Sequence record: MT446386.1
From: Escherichia virus TH06
Strand: one strand, 5' to 3'
Length of the DNA stretch: 64,000 bases
Part shown: positions 1-11,325 of the stretch, one piece after another
How the letters are laid out: each line of letters starts with the position of its first letter
How positions within the stretch are numbered: position 1 is the first letter of the stretch
Notes under the pieces: generated by a model
Told to the model about the DNA's origin: nothing
Databases searched by the model: none
The model's input: the letters and a program-made list of their open reading frames with translations, nothing else
Position numbers and translations under genes: made by a program

Positions 1-2
1 TC

Positions 3-1327
<1,325 letters not shown>

Positions 1328-1331
<4 letters not shown>

Positions 1332-2221
1332 ATGAAGAGGTAAAAGCTTTAAAGAAAGCTCTTGCAATTAAAATCAAACATTTAAATTTCGTCAGAGATG
1401 AGTTGGAGGAGCTATCCAACTTATCAGGATATGAGTTACAGAATGAGCTTGTAGAGTTTCAAATCAATATTGATGGCGGTAAATACGTAGAAACAACTAG
1501 AGCGATTTTACCTAAAGTTACTGGTAACAAAACTTCTCCAATAGACTACTCACATGACCACACGGAGCAATTAGAAATGGAATCTCAAGGCAATCCAGCA
1601 CTGACCAATATGGTGGGAGATTCCCATTATAAGCCTTTAGTAGTAATTCTTAATGGGCCTCCGGGTTGTGGTAAAGATACGATAGCCAATGCTTGGGTTA
1701 ATGCCCATTCATACCATCACAATTATTCAACCAAATCCTTCAAGGAGCCAATGTACAAGGTAGCTGCTGCTGCACTAGGCATACCTCTAGAAAACTTTCT
1801 AGCACGCTATGAAGACCGTGAATGGAAAGAAAAACCTAGACCAGAATGGGGAGGGAAGTCTGTAAGAGATTTGATGATTTCTACAAGTGAAGACTTCTTA
1901 AAACCTATGTTTGGCAATAATCATATGGGGACTCTTGCTGTAAAGAGCATCAAACAAGAAGGGCTAGGTCAGGATGATATTGTCGTGTTTACTGACGGAG
2001 GTTTTGATGCAGAGGTACGAGAACTAGAAAAGAATTTCCATGTCCAAGTTGTCCAAGTTCTTAGAGATGGTTGCTCTTTTGAGGGAGATTCTCGCTCATA
2101 TATTGAAGGTGAGCAGAGAAAAACATATCTACTGTATAATGACTCAACTGTTGAATCAGCAGTGTTAGATCTAGATTGGATTATTGATCAAGCTCGGGAT
2201 GATATTTATGGAAGAAGTTAA
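1328..2221 (+). CDS. P-loop NTPase, possibly a nucleotide kinase
   Basis: ATGA overlap with upstream stop; Walker A-like LNGPPGCGKDT; track start at 1322 is GTG. Confidence 0.4.
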
Positions 2222-3026
2222 GCTCCCTGAAGTTGCTCTAGTGGATGCTGACGTTCTTCGATATGAAGTGGGTGCTCTTACTCAGGAGCATCCTTTTCTT
2301 GACACAGGACGTGTTCCAGTTGATTACAATTTCATGATTGAACGACTTCAGTACAAGATTGATACGATCATATCTCGCTCAGGTTGCAGTAAGGTTGTAT
2401 TCTACTTCAGCGAAGGTGGTAACTTCCGTTTCGATGTTGCTAAGCAACAAGACTACAAGGCAAACAGACCTCCCGGAGAAAGACCTTTTCATTGGCAAAA
2501 CGTTGGTGATTACATTAAAGCCAAGTACGAATACATTGAGGTCTTTGGGAGAGAAGCTGATGATGCACTAGCTGAAAGGCAACGTAGGGATAAGAATACT
2601 ATCATCTGTACCAGAGACAAGGATTTGTTGATAACTCCCGGATGGCATTATCGCTGGGCTTGTGGAGAAAGGCAGAAAGAAGTCCCTCCTCACTATGTAT
2701 CTGATTTAGTCTCATGGCAAAACTTCTTCTATCAAATGTTGATTGGAGACGGTACGGATAATATTTCCGGATGTGGGGAACGTGAAGAAGTCATGTGGGG
2801 TGGTAAGCTTCAGCTTCGACGTCAAGGAGTAGGGAAGAAGGCAGCAGCTAAATTACTAGCTGGTGTTACAGATAAGTGGACCATGTATCATATAGTACGA
2901 ATGGAATATTATAAGAAGTTCGATACTGAAGATGAAGAGAAGATGCTTGAGAATGCGCGGCTGCTCTTTGTTGGTCAGACTCCTGAAGACCTGTTCGACT
3001 GGACATGGTTAGATAAATCTTGGTAA
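2199..3026 (+). CDS. 5'-3' exonuclease / flap endonuclease (FEN family)
   Basis: Motifs LVDADVLRY, GREADDALA, ICTRDKDLL, IGDGTDNISGCG and GKKAAAKLL (H3TH-like); start uncertain among TTG 2184, ATG 2199, ATG 2208. Confidence 0.6.
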   Translation: MIFMEEVKLPEVALVDADVLRYEVGALTQEHPFLDTGRVPVDYNFMIERLQYKIDTIISRSGCSKVVFYFSEGGNFRFDVAKQQDYKANRPPGERPFHWQNVGDYIKAKYEYIEVFGREADDALAERQRRDKNTIICTRDKDLLITPGWHYRWACGERQKEVPPHYVSDLVSWQNFFYQMLIGDGTDNISGCGEREEVMWGGKLQLRRQGVGKKAAAKLLAGVTDKWTMYHIVRMEYYKKFDTEDEEKMLENARLLFVGQTPEDLFDWTWLDKSW

Positions 3027-3039
3027 TAAGGATATTATA

Positions 3040-3219
3040 ATGGGTAAATTTGATTATCGTTCATATGATGAAAACTACTCCAACCGTGAATCTCGTAAAG
3101 ACCAAAAGATTAAACATCAACTGTTTGATCAGAGAACTGGTCGTATTCCTCGTGAGGGTAAGGTGAGCCATCGTGTAAACAAACGAGTTTGGGAAGAAGC
3201 TGATTATGGCGAAGTCTGA
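3040..3219 (+). CDS. hypothetical small protein (59 aa)
   Basis: ATG preceded by AAGGA; below the track length cutoff; overlaps the next gene start. Confidence 0.3.
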   Translation: MGKFDYRSYDENYSNRESRKDQKIKHQLFDQRTGRIPREGKVSHRVNKRVWEEADYGEV

Positions 3220-3607
3220 GAAGACTCGCTGTAGTGGAATGTGGACTGAAGCTCGTTACAACTCTTTCATCAAGTCAGGGATTCGTTCTCTGACTAGAAA
3301 GTGGAAGCCCATGTTCGATGCACTAGCAGACGCCAAGACAGAGCAGAAGATTAATCCAAAGACAGGTAGACTGGCAATGCACTTTAAGTGTGCCATGTGT
3401 GGTTCTGACCACCCTGTAAAGGATATGGCTATTGACCACATAGAACCTATAGTTCCTCTTGACCACGAAGCAACTTGGGATGAGATCATCTCTCGTGCTC
3501 TGTGTGAGAAAGAAGGTTTTCAGGTTCTGTGTAAAGACCCTTGTCATAAGATTAAAACAAAAGAAGAGAATGATGCAAGAAAACAATTCAAAAAAGGAAA
3601 TGAGTGA
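3206..3607 (+). CDS. HNH endonuclease
   Basis: Cys pairs and DHIEP ... CHKIK HNH-type motif. Confidence 0.55.
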   Translation: MAKSEKTRCSGMWTEARYNSFIKSGIRSLTRKWKPMFDALADAKTEQKINPKTGRLAMHFKCAMCGSDHPVKDMAIDHIEPIVPLDHEATWDEIISRALCEKEGFQVLCKDPCHKIKTKEENDARKQFKKGNE

Positions 3608-3827
3608 TGATCAAAAATCTACGCAACAAGTGCTTCGCTTTCGCTATCGCAATTGGAGAGGCGAGGTTTCTGACCGGTCCGTTATTCCACTCCGAACCTC
3701 CGTTGCTAGCTCCCGTTTTCATAACGGTGGCAAACCTTGTTGGATTATGACAGCAATAGATGTAGAGAAAGATGAGATTCGAGAATTCAAACTCTCTGAC
3801 ATTATTCAGTATTATGATTTAATCTAG
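3600..3827 (+). CDS. hypothetical protein (75 aa)
   Basis: In-frame ATG with RBS AAGGAA inside track ORF 3459..3827; overlaps HNH stop. Confidence 0.4.
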   Translation: MSDDQKSTQQVLRFRYRNWRGEVSDRSVIPLRTSVASSRFHNGGKPCWIMTAIDVEKDEIREFKLSDIIQYYDLI

Positions 3828-3835
3828 GAACTGAC

Positions 3836-3997
3836 ATGATCACACAAGCAGATAAAAATAAACTCTTCGACTTAATCCATGACCTACTAGAAGCTCAGAG
3901 CTTTATTGACAATGCCGATACTTGGGAGATGGAAGCAGCTGGAAAAGCTTTTGATGAAAGTGAAGAGAAACTTACTAATTTTATAAACACAATCTAG
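3836..3997 (+). CDS. hypothetical small protein (53 aa)
   Basis: Open frame from ATG 3836 to TAG 3995..3997, translated by hand. Confidence 0.25.
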   Translation: MITQADKNKLFDLIHDLLEAQSFIDNADTWEMEAAGKAFDESEEKLTNFINTI

Positions 3998-4154
3998 GGG
4001 GAGTTATATGAATGAAGAAGTTGTTATTCTTGGAAGTAAATCAGATTGGTTCTACGGAGGCATCTCAGGATGCTTTGAAGATGAACATCCAGACTTCTGA
4101 AGAGAATTGGGATGTATGACGAATTTGATGGTTTTTAAAACTTAGAAACAAATA

Positions 4155-4191
4155 AAGCCCTCTTGGATTTCTCCTTGAGGGCTTTTCTTTT
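4155..4191. terminator. bidirectional intrinsic terminator between convergent plus and minus transcription units
   Basis: Hairpin AAGCCCTC...GAGGGCTT followed by TTTTCTTTT on plus; U-rich on minus as well. Confidence 0.6.
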
Positions 4192-4192
4192 A

Positions 4193-7100
4193 TCACTCCT
4201 TAGGTCGAACTCTTACACGGAGTCTCGATTGACGCTTACTGCGTTCAAGCTTCTCTGACAATGAGCCACGTTTAATCTTCGGCTTCCCTTCGTCATTAAA
4301 CTTCTCCAAGAACTGCAAGTACTCAGTACGATTGGTTGTCTTGTAAGAAGGAATCTTAATATCAGGGTTCTCTTCAATTACACGTCTCATCTTCGCTACA
4401 TCATCCCTACCAAGCAACTTACTCTTAGCCTGTTCAGCTGTAGAACCAAAGATTTTCTCCAGTGCTCTGGATTTGTTACCACCTGCGGAAGAAGCACCAA
4501 GTTTAGCAATGGCAGAGTAATCATCAGCACTAAACCAAGCTACTGGATTATCACCATACTTCTTCTTGTTTTCAGCAGCAGTCTGCAATGCACGTACAAA
4601 GCGACGGTTGTTACCAGCCTTATCTGCACCATGAACCCTGTCTAAAACTTCAGCCACACTAACCAACTCATCCAAGCTTTTCCCACTCAAGAAAGCTTTC
4701 TCTACTTTATCAGCAAAGACCTCTTCCTGTTGTTTAATGCTTTCCAAGATATCAGAATTTGCTTGAGATCTTTCATCATCAGGCAGAGCAGAACGAATCT
4801 TCTCCATCTCCAACTCTTCCTCTTGCAGTTTCTTAATATCAGAGTCAACCTTCTGAGCCTCCTCAATAGCCTTCCTGGTATCCGCATCCAAGTTATCAAG
4901 CTTACCTTCAGTATCTCCAGTAACCTTAACAATCTCTTTCTCGATAGGGGTCATTGATTCATACTTCTTAGCAAACTTCTCAACATCAGCTTCGATACGA
5001 GAACGAGCATTCTGATGTTCAGTAGGAGTCATAGGCTTCTCAAGAAGTGCATAACGGTTATCCATATAGGAACCAGCAAATGCTTCAGCATCCTCTCTAG
5101 ATATGCCCTTATCTTCCATAGTACGCATCAGGCGGCGATGAATGTCATCACGTTGACGTTGTACTGCCATAAGGTCATTCTCACGCTCTTGGGCCGCTTT
5201 AAGCTCTTCACTGCGCTTAACTCTCTTGTCCACATCAAACTTACGGTTCATTTCTTCCGCTTGCTCATACATCTTGTTCCACTTGGCCTGACGAGCATCT
5301 TCCTCTGCATCAGTTAAACGACGCTGACGATCAAGGTAATCTGACTCGGCGTTGTGGATACGTTCAATGTAACTACGGAACTTCTCTGGAGGAACTGGAG
5401 AGTTCTTGTCATGGTGAGCAGCCAACTGTTTCAATGTACGAGATTCCTGAGCCTCACGAACAGGTTTAGGTAAACCTTCCATCATCTTCTCAATCTCACT
5501 CTTCTGAGCTGCAATAGCCTCTAGAGTTTTACGTTCATTCTCAACAGCAGCCTTAGCATCTGAACGAGCCTGAGCCTTTTTCCTGAGGGTAGCAAGACGT
5601 TCTTCACGAGCCTGTAAGTGCTTAGCAGCAGCTTCGTACTGAGAGTTCTTGTTAGCTTTGTTGAAGGCATTCACTTCTCTGTTGTAGGTGTTAATAAACC
5701 CATCCCAAATATCCTTCATCTGACCGACTTCCAAAGCCTCTTCCCTACCAGCCTTCTCTGAAGATTTAAACTTCCCATCTACAAAGTCATTCATCAGCTT
5801 ACGCATAGCATCTTTCTGAGCAGGACGTAAAGGTTCTGAATCAATCAAAGCATCAATCTCAGACTGAAGCTCTTTCTTCTGGTCAACCAGTTTAGGAGCA
5901 TCTTTCTTATCGAAAGCTTTGTTCTCTTCTAGAGCTTGTTGGTACAGTCTATCAAACTCATCCTCACGCTGCTTCTGATACAACCTTTCAGCACGACGTT
6001 TCAGACTATCCAAGTTAGTTACGTTCCCACCTAAACCTTTCTCTTCAGCACGTAATGCCTTAGTGGCAATGTCTTCTGGCAGACCACGTTCTTTAACCCA
6101 TTCAGCAAAATTAGTTCGTACAGTGTTGTTCTTAGCAGTAGCAATACCTTGCTGAGAGGCCAGCTGGTTACGAGCCATTTCTTCATGACGTTCAGTATTG
6201 ATAGCATTATCTTCCTGACGAATACGACGCATCAGTTCCTTAGGATCGCCTTTATAAGCCAAGAAGTTTTCAGCAGTAGCTTTAGCTTTAGCAGCCTTAG
6301 AGTACAGAGAACGAGCAAAGCGTTCTGCACGATCTTTAGTAGCCTGACGAGCAGCACTAGACATAGCAGCTAAACGTTCTACACCACTTGCCGGTTTAAC
6401 GTCCTGTACAGCTTCCTTAGGAGCTTTAGGAGCACGAGCAGGTAATGGCTCAGCTTTGACTGTTGGTTCCTCTACGGTTGGTTCTGGAGCCTGTGCGGCC
6501 TCTTCTTGAGCACGTTGCTGTTCCATTGCACGACGCTCCTCTAGAGGGTTACGAGCAGGGAGAGGTTCAGCCTGTGGAGCTTGTTCGACCGGAGCTTCTT
6601 GAGCTGCTGCTGCCTCTTCTTCAGCGCGACGCTGTTCAGCCTGACGGATAGCGCGTCTTTGCGCAACTAAATCACGAGCTGTGAGAGGGGTTTCTTGAGG
6701 AGTAGAAGAAGGAAGATTTTCTTCCGTCACAGTACTAGAAGAAGGCTCCCGAACCGGTTCGGTTTCCACGTCATTTTGCGTCTTAAATTTAATGTCATCA
6801 ACAACTGGTTCTTCTTCCATCTTAGCACGAGCTTCATCAGCAGTAGATTTAGCACGAGCAACTTCCAAATCACCACGAGCCAGAGAGCGGATAGCTTCAC
6901 TATTAGACTCTTGTTGCTTAACACGTTGAGAACGGGCACGCTGAGAAGAGAAGCGATTCAGAGCATATTTAGCAGCACCGAGAGTGTTCATCACCAGACT
7001 AGGAGAAGAAGCCTCACGGAATCCATCATCAGTCAAGGAAGTCCAACCACGATCTTGGTTGCTCATGAATTTAGCTGTATTGTTCAGAGTGTAAGCATCT

Positions 7101-8659
7101 TGAATAGGATTAAAACCTTCAGGCATACCTTTCAGTTTCTTCAACCCACCGATAGCTTTCTTCATCTCTGGAGAAACATTATCAGCCATCTTCTGTAGTT
7201 CAGTAGCTTTCTCTACAAAGTTATTAAAATCTTCACCTTCACGAGCTTTGAATCGATTTGCTTCATTGTAGAAAGTCTTGTAAGCATCAATGAAATCACG
7301 GTCAGCTTGTGTACGATTCTTAATATCAATCGGACTACCAGTAAAATCACCAGAAGCTCGGAGAGAAGTTAATTCACGGTCTAGGTTATCTAGAACATCT
7401 GTAAGAGCTTTCGTGTTGTCTTTGGTGTAGTCAGCCATTGCATCCTTCATAGCAACAGCCTGCTTCTGGTTGTGCTCATTATCAGCAAATGCTTTACCAC
7501 GAGTCTTAGCAGGAGAAGCTAAAGGATTAAGGCCCGGAATGTTGGAATGTTCTTTCTGAACAGAAGCAGCTTTCTCAGCACGAACTTGGTCAGTATTAAG
7601 AATACGCTGAGCAGCAGGAGAATCTACAGCAACAGCATCTGTAATACGGAATCCATTCTCATCCAGAAGGTTAAGAGCAGAAGCAGCGTTAGCAGTTTCA
7701 GCTTTAGAGTAAGCTTCTTTCAGTTCATCAATATTCTTAGCACTACGAATTAGTTCATCATCAGCAGCAATATCAGTCTTCGCATACTCTGGAGTATTCT
7801 TGAAGACAGCAGAATCCGGACGGCTAATCAAACCATGAACCCCACCAACTGCACCACCGAATGCAGCACCCATAGCACCTTCTTCGATAGCACCTTCTAA
7901 TACATTGGCAAAGGTTGTGTCATCTCCGTGCTTATTCTGAGCTTCAGCAGCACCCACAAGAGCACCACCTTTAGCACCAGCCACTGCGTTACTAGCAACG
8001 TTCTGACCAATACGTCCAAGTGTGGACTCAGCTGTACCGACAGCACCTGGAAGGATTCTCTGAGCCGCATAGTTAGCACCACCAACTAAGGCTGCATCTA
8101 GAATAGACTTATCTTCTCCCTCTTCAGGGGTTTGGTCTGCATATGCACGACCTGTCTCACGACCTGCGATGATAGCAGCAGCAGCCAATGGGTTAGCAAC
8201 TGTCAAACCGATATCACCAGCAACGCCAGCATACTGACCGACAGTTTTACCAATCCCATCCTCAATCTTATCCATACGTTCTTTCAGAAGGTTCTGAGAG
8301 TTCTCTTGGATACGCTTACCATAACTAGTTTGTGCTCCAGCTAGATTCTCACCAATCTCAACTAAACCACCAATACCTTTAGCAGCACTAGCTGCAATAT
8401 TTGCACCACCAGATTGAAGAGCATTTGACACACCTTGAGCAAACTCACCTATAGCACCACGTTCTTCTTGTTGTGGTTGTGCTACTGGTTGTTCCTCAGG
8501 AATAGAGCCACCTGCTGCCTTATATTGTTCTCTCATTTGAGCTTGTTGCTCCGGAGAGGCATTCAGATACGCAGGAGCTTTGGAAGCTTCTTCCCACGGT
8601 TTAATGTTAGCCATAACGTCTCCTTTTATAAATAAAAATGTCCTACCCCCTATATACAT
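4193..8659 (-). CDS. large internal virion / ejection protein (1488 aa)
   Basis: Last gene of late operon; long coiled-coil rich ORF; position analogous to podovirus internal core proteins. Confidence 0.45.
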   Translation of the reverse strand: MYIGGRTFLFIKGDVMANIKPWEEASKAPAYLNASPEQQAQMREQYKAAGGSIPEEQPVAQPQQEERGAIGEFAQGVSNALQSGGANIAASAAKGIGGLVEIGENLAGAQTSYGKRIQENSQNLLKERMDKIEDGIGKTVGQYAGVAGDIGLTVANPLAAAAIIAGRETGRAYADQTPEEGEDKSILDAALVGGANYAAQRILPGAVGTAESTLGRIGQNVASNAVAGAKGGALVGAAEAQNKHGDDTTFANVLEGAIEEGAMGAAFGGAVGGVHGLISRPDSAVFKNTPEYAKTDIAADDELIRSAKNIDELKEAYSKAETANAASALNLLDENGFRITDAVAVDSPAAQRILNTDQVRAEKAASVQKEHSNIPGLNPLASPAKTRGKAFADNEHNQKQAVAMKDAMADYTKDNTKALTDVLDNLDRELTSLRASGDFTGSPIDIKNRTQADRDFIDAYKTFYNEANRFKAREGEDFNNFVEKATELQKMADNVSPEMKKAIGGLKKLKGMPEGFNPIQDAYTLNNTAKFMSNQDRGWTSLTDDGFREASSPSLVMNTLGAAKYALNRFSSQRARSQRVKQQESNSEAIRSLARGDLEVARAKSTADEARAKMEEEPVVDDIKFKTQNDVETEPVREPSSSTVTEENLPSSTPQETPLTARDLVAQRRAIRQAEQRRAEEEAAAAQEAPVEQAPQAEPLPARNPLEERRAMEQQRAQEEAAQAPEPTVEEPTVKAEPLPARAPKAPKEAVQDVKPASGVERLAAMSSAARQATKDRAERFARSLYSKAAKAKATAENFLAYKGDPKELMRRIRQEDNAINTERHEEMARNQLASQQGIATAKNNTVRTNFAEWVKERGLPEDIATKALRAEEKGLGGNVTNLDSLKRRAERLYQKQREDEFDRLYQQALEENKAFDKKDAPKLVDQKKELQSEIDALIDSEPLRPAQKDAMRKLMNDFVDGKFKSSEKAGREEALEVGQMKDIWDGFINTYNREVNAFNKANKNSQYEAAAKHLQAREERLATLRKKAQARSDAKAAVENERKTLEAIAAQKSEIEKMMEGLPKPVREAQESRTLKQLAAHHDKNSPVPPEKFRSYIERIHNAESDYLDRQRRLTDAEEDARQAKWNKMYEQAEEMNRKFDVDKRVKRSEELKAAQERENDLMAVQRQRDDIHRRLMRTMEDKGISREDAEAFAGSYMDNRYALLEKPMTPTEHQNARSRIEADVEKFAKKYESMTPIEKEIVKVTGDTEGKLDNLDADTRKAIEEAQKVDSDIKKLQEEELEMEKIRSALPDDERSQANSDILESIKQQEEVFADKVEKAFLSGKSLDELVSVAEVLDRVHGADKAGNNRRFVRALQTAAENKKKYGDNPVAWFSADDYSAIAKLGASSAGGNKSRALEKIFGSTAEQAKSKLLGRDDVAKMRRVIEENPDIKIPSYKTTNRTEYLQFLEKFNDEGKPKIKRGSLSEKLERSKRQSRLRVRVRPKE

Positions 8660-8681
8660 TATAGAAGGCAGGACTTAGGTC

Positions 8682-10331
8682 TTATTGAGTAAACCAGCTA
8701 GTGTCTTCGACAGCTGATAAAGCACCATTAAGCTTAGGATTGGTTGCTGCACCACCAACTGCTTCTTCTGCTTGTTCAGAGAAAACACCTAGAGGGTCAT
8801 AGAAACCACCAGAAGGGATTGCACGGTTAACCAATGCAGTAGCTCTCTTCTTATCCATACCAGAACCGATGTAAGCTTCAATCGTAGCTCTCTTAGCATC
8901 AGCAACACCTTTCATTGCAGAGGTGTGACCAACGTTAGCTTGCTTACGAGCATAAGCAAGAGCAGAGTCAGTAGGACGCCATCCAGATTTCAGTGCAAAC
9001 TTGTTGCCAACACGAACGAAGATTGATGGGTCTTCTGCAAAGTGCCCTAAGTCTTCTTCGGTAAGAGAACGAGTAGCACCGATTTCAGCCCTTGCGGAGT
9101 TCATGATAGCCTGCATGTAAGCAGAACGAGCTGTCTGATAGTCTTTATCCTTAACAGCCTTATCAGCCAAATCCAAGTCTTTGTTAGACTGGTTAAACAG
9201 GCCACCTTTCTCTGCCCACTGCTTAGCAACCGTACCTTCAGCTGTGTTCTGAGCAAGACGAACTTCTTTCGGGTTAAAGTTAAAACTCTGAGCAGCTTGC
9301 TCAGCACGTTCAGCCTTAACCTTATCACGATAACCAATCAACTCTTTCTGACGTTCAAAGTTCATGTTAGCCCTTTCTTCAGCGGCACGACGAGTTTCAT
9401 CAGCACGCTCACGCATAGTTTGCTCTTGAATCTGTTGACGTCTATCCCATTCAGCATTTTGTCGTTCTTCACGAGCAGCATACAGTGCTTCTTTCTGAGC
9501 AGGGTCTACAGCTCTCATCTTCAGTAGAGATGGGTCTCCGTTAGCAATAGCAGCTGCGATCGAGTCTTGAGAGAAGCCTTGTTCAATCAGAGCATCACGG
9601 TTAGCTTCAAGTTGCTTCTTAGTCTCATCTTGATTAGCCATTCCCTGACCAATCTGGAAAGCTTCAATAGGAGACTTACCTGACATAATGGAAAGACCTA
9701 CACCCATCAAACCTGTGTAGAAACTAGAGTTCTGATAGAATGGTTCTTTCTGTAGTTTGTTCCAAGCTTCCGAAGGGTCTTTAGCTTTCGCAACTTGCAA
9801 GATATCGTTGTTAACACGTTCCTGATCTTTAGCACGAGTAGCAGCAGTCATTCCATCACCAGCGTCTTGTCCTTGAGCAAGAGTATTAATCACACCTTGT
9901 GCCTGTTCAACCTGAGAAGGAGTAAACTCCATAGGACCAGCTTCTAACGGTTTAGTAGGAGGTGTTACCGGAAGAGGTTCTGATTCTGGAGGAATAGAAG
10001 AAGGAGAAAGTCCAGCAGCTTGCATGGTTTCTTGATTCTCAAACTCAGGAAGAGTTACATCCTGTTGTGCTTGAGGTTGTACATCATTTGGGATATCAGA
10101 AGGAAGACCATTACTCTGAACAGGATTCAACATATTCTGATAATCTACTGAAGTTTGACCTACAAGAGAGGAAAGCCCAGCAGGTATAGCAGGACGTTGA
10201 TACATAGAAATATCTGCTGTCTGAGTTGGTCTAGCCATATAAGGAGAGGCCGAAGCCGCTCCCGGATTAACACCATAGAAAGTATTTCTCGGGTCACGAC
10301 TTCTGACCTGAGCGTAAGTTGTCTGTTGCAT
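8682..10331 (-). CDS. internal virion protein (549 aa)
   Basis: Long ORF in late operon with charged coiled-coil segment. Confidence 0.4.
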   Translation of the reverse strand: MQQTTYAQVRSRDPRNTFYGVNPGAASASPYMARPTQTADISMYQRPAIPAGLSSLVGQTSVDYQNMLNPVQSNGLPSDIPNDVQPQAQQDVTLPEFENQETMQAAGLSPSSIPPESEPLPVTPPTKPLEAGPMEFTPSQVEQAQGVINTLAQGQDAGDGMTAATRAKDQERVNNDILQVAKAKDPSEAWNKLQKEPFYQNSSFYTGLMGVGLSIMSGKSPIEAFQIGQGMANQDETKKQLEANRDALIEQGFSQDSIAAAIANGDPSLLKMRAVDPAQKEALYAAREERQNAEWDRRQQIQEQTMRERADETRRAAEERANMNFERQKELIGYRDKVKAERAEQAAQSFNFNPKEVRLAQNTAEGTVAKQWAEKGGLFNQSNKDLDLADKAVKDKDYQTARSAYMQAIMNSARAEIGATRSLTEEDLGHFAEDPSIFVRVGNKFALKSGWRPTDSALAYARKQANVGHTSAMKGVADAKRATIEAYIGSGMDKKRATALVNRAIPSGGFYDPLGVFSEQAEEAVGGAATNPKLNGALSAVEDTSWFTQ

Positions 10332-10344
10332 ATTTATCTCCTAA

Positions 10345-11313
10345 TTAAGTACTAGCCAACCCACCGATTACACCCCCAGCTAATGCACCCCAAGGCCCAA
10401 AGGAAGAGCCAGCTGCTGCACCACTCATAGCTCCACCAAGGAAACCACCTTTGCCACCAGATGTTTTAGTAGTTGTAGTTTGTCCGAGAGCACCGTTAAG
10501 TACACCTGCTGCACCGAGTTGGTTATTGATATCTTGCCATCCCCAATTAGCTGCGTTCTGAGCATTCTGGTAGGCATTATCATATTCATTCTGTTGTTGC
10601 TGTTGTTGCTGCAACCCTGCATTCCATTGATTCATTATTTGCTGTTGAGACAAATTAGCACCCTGCTGACCTAGGTTAGAAAGGTTAGAACCAATATTAG
10701 AAAGACCAGAGAGAGCAGCTGCCTGATTCTGTCGATTACCAGAGAGGATGCTTTCAGCTTGGCTAATAGCCGAGTTATAGGCACTATTGGTAATATCTGT
10801 TGCTTGGCCTTGCATCTGATTCAGAGCATCACCTTGGGCAAAAGATTTAGCCATACGAGCACCTGAACCTTGTTGACCAGCAAACTGTTGAGCTAACTGA
10901 GGAAGAGCATTACGTGCCAAGTTCTGTTGAACCTGTTCATTATTAGCTGTAATGGCTGCTTGCACAGCGTCATCATCATACAGTTGACCAGCGAGAGCAC
11001 CAATCTGTTCTCCAGTAATCCCACCTTGTCCAGAGAGGCTCTGATAGCCTTTATAGGCATTATCTAGATAACCCAAGCCTTGACCTGCTGCATCCATGTA
11101 TTGCTGTGAGAGAGTGCCCAAAGCGCCAGATTGTGCTAGGTTGTTAAGTGCCTCTGTCTGATTATTATTAAACCCTACATTATCTCGATAAACATAATCC
11201 CCTGAACTAGTATTACCGATCTGCTGGTTAAGCTGGTCAATATACTGTTGAATGTATTCAGGGCGAATCATTTGGGAAGTAGTTTTACTACCCCCGCCTC
11301 CGAAAAGTCCCAT
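10345..11313 (-). CDS. Gln/Asn/Gly-rich virion protein
   Basis: Low-complexity Q/N/G-rich sequence; N-terminus MGLFGGGGSKTT parallels the next gene. Confidence 0.4.
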   Translation of the reverse strand: MGLFGGGGSKTTSQMIRPEYIQQYIDQLNQQIGNTSSGDYVYRDNVGFNNNQTEALNNLAQSGALGTLSQQYMDAAGQGLGYLDNAYKGYQSLSGQGGITGEQIGALAGQLYDDDAVQAAITANNEQVQQNLARNALPQLAQQFAGQQGSGARMAKSFAQGDALNQMQGQATDITNSAYNSAISQAESILSGNRQNQAAALSGLSNIGSNLSNLGQQGANLSQQQIMNQWNAGLQQQQQQQNEYDNAYQNAQNAANWGWQDINNQLGAAGVLNGALGQTTTTKTSGGKGGFLGGAMSGAAAGSSFGPWGALAGGVIGGLAST

Positions 11314-11325
11314 ATCAAATCTCCT

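Noticed and set aside
4702-8635. Multiple 60 to 167 aa ORFs on both strands inside the 1488 aa gene (for example 6695..7198 +, 5015..5317 +)
   Set aside because: Fully embedded in or antisense to a long intact ORF and low-complexity; most likely spurious.
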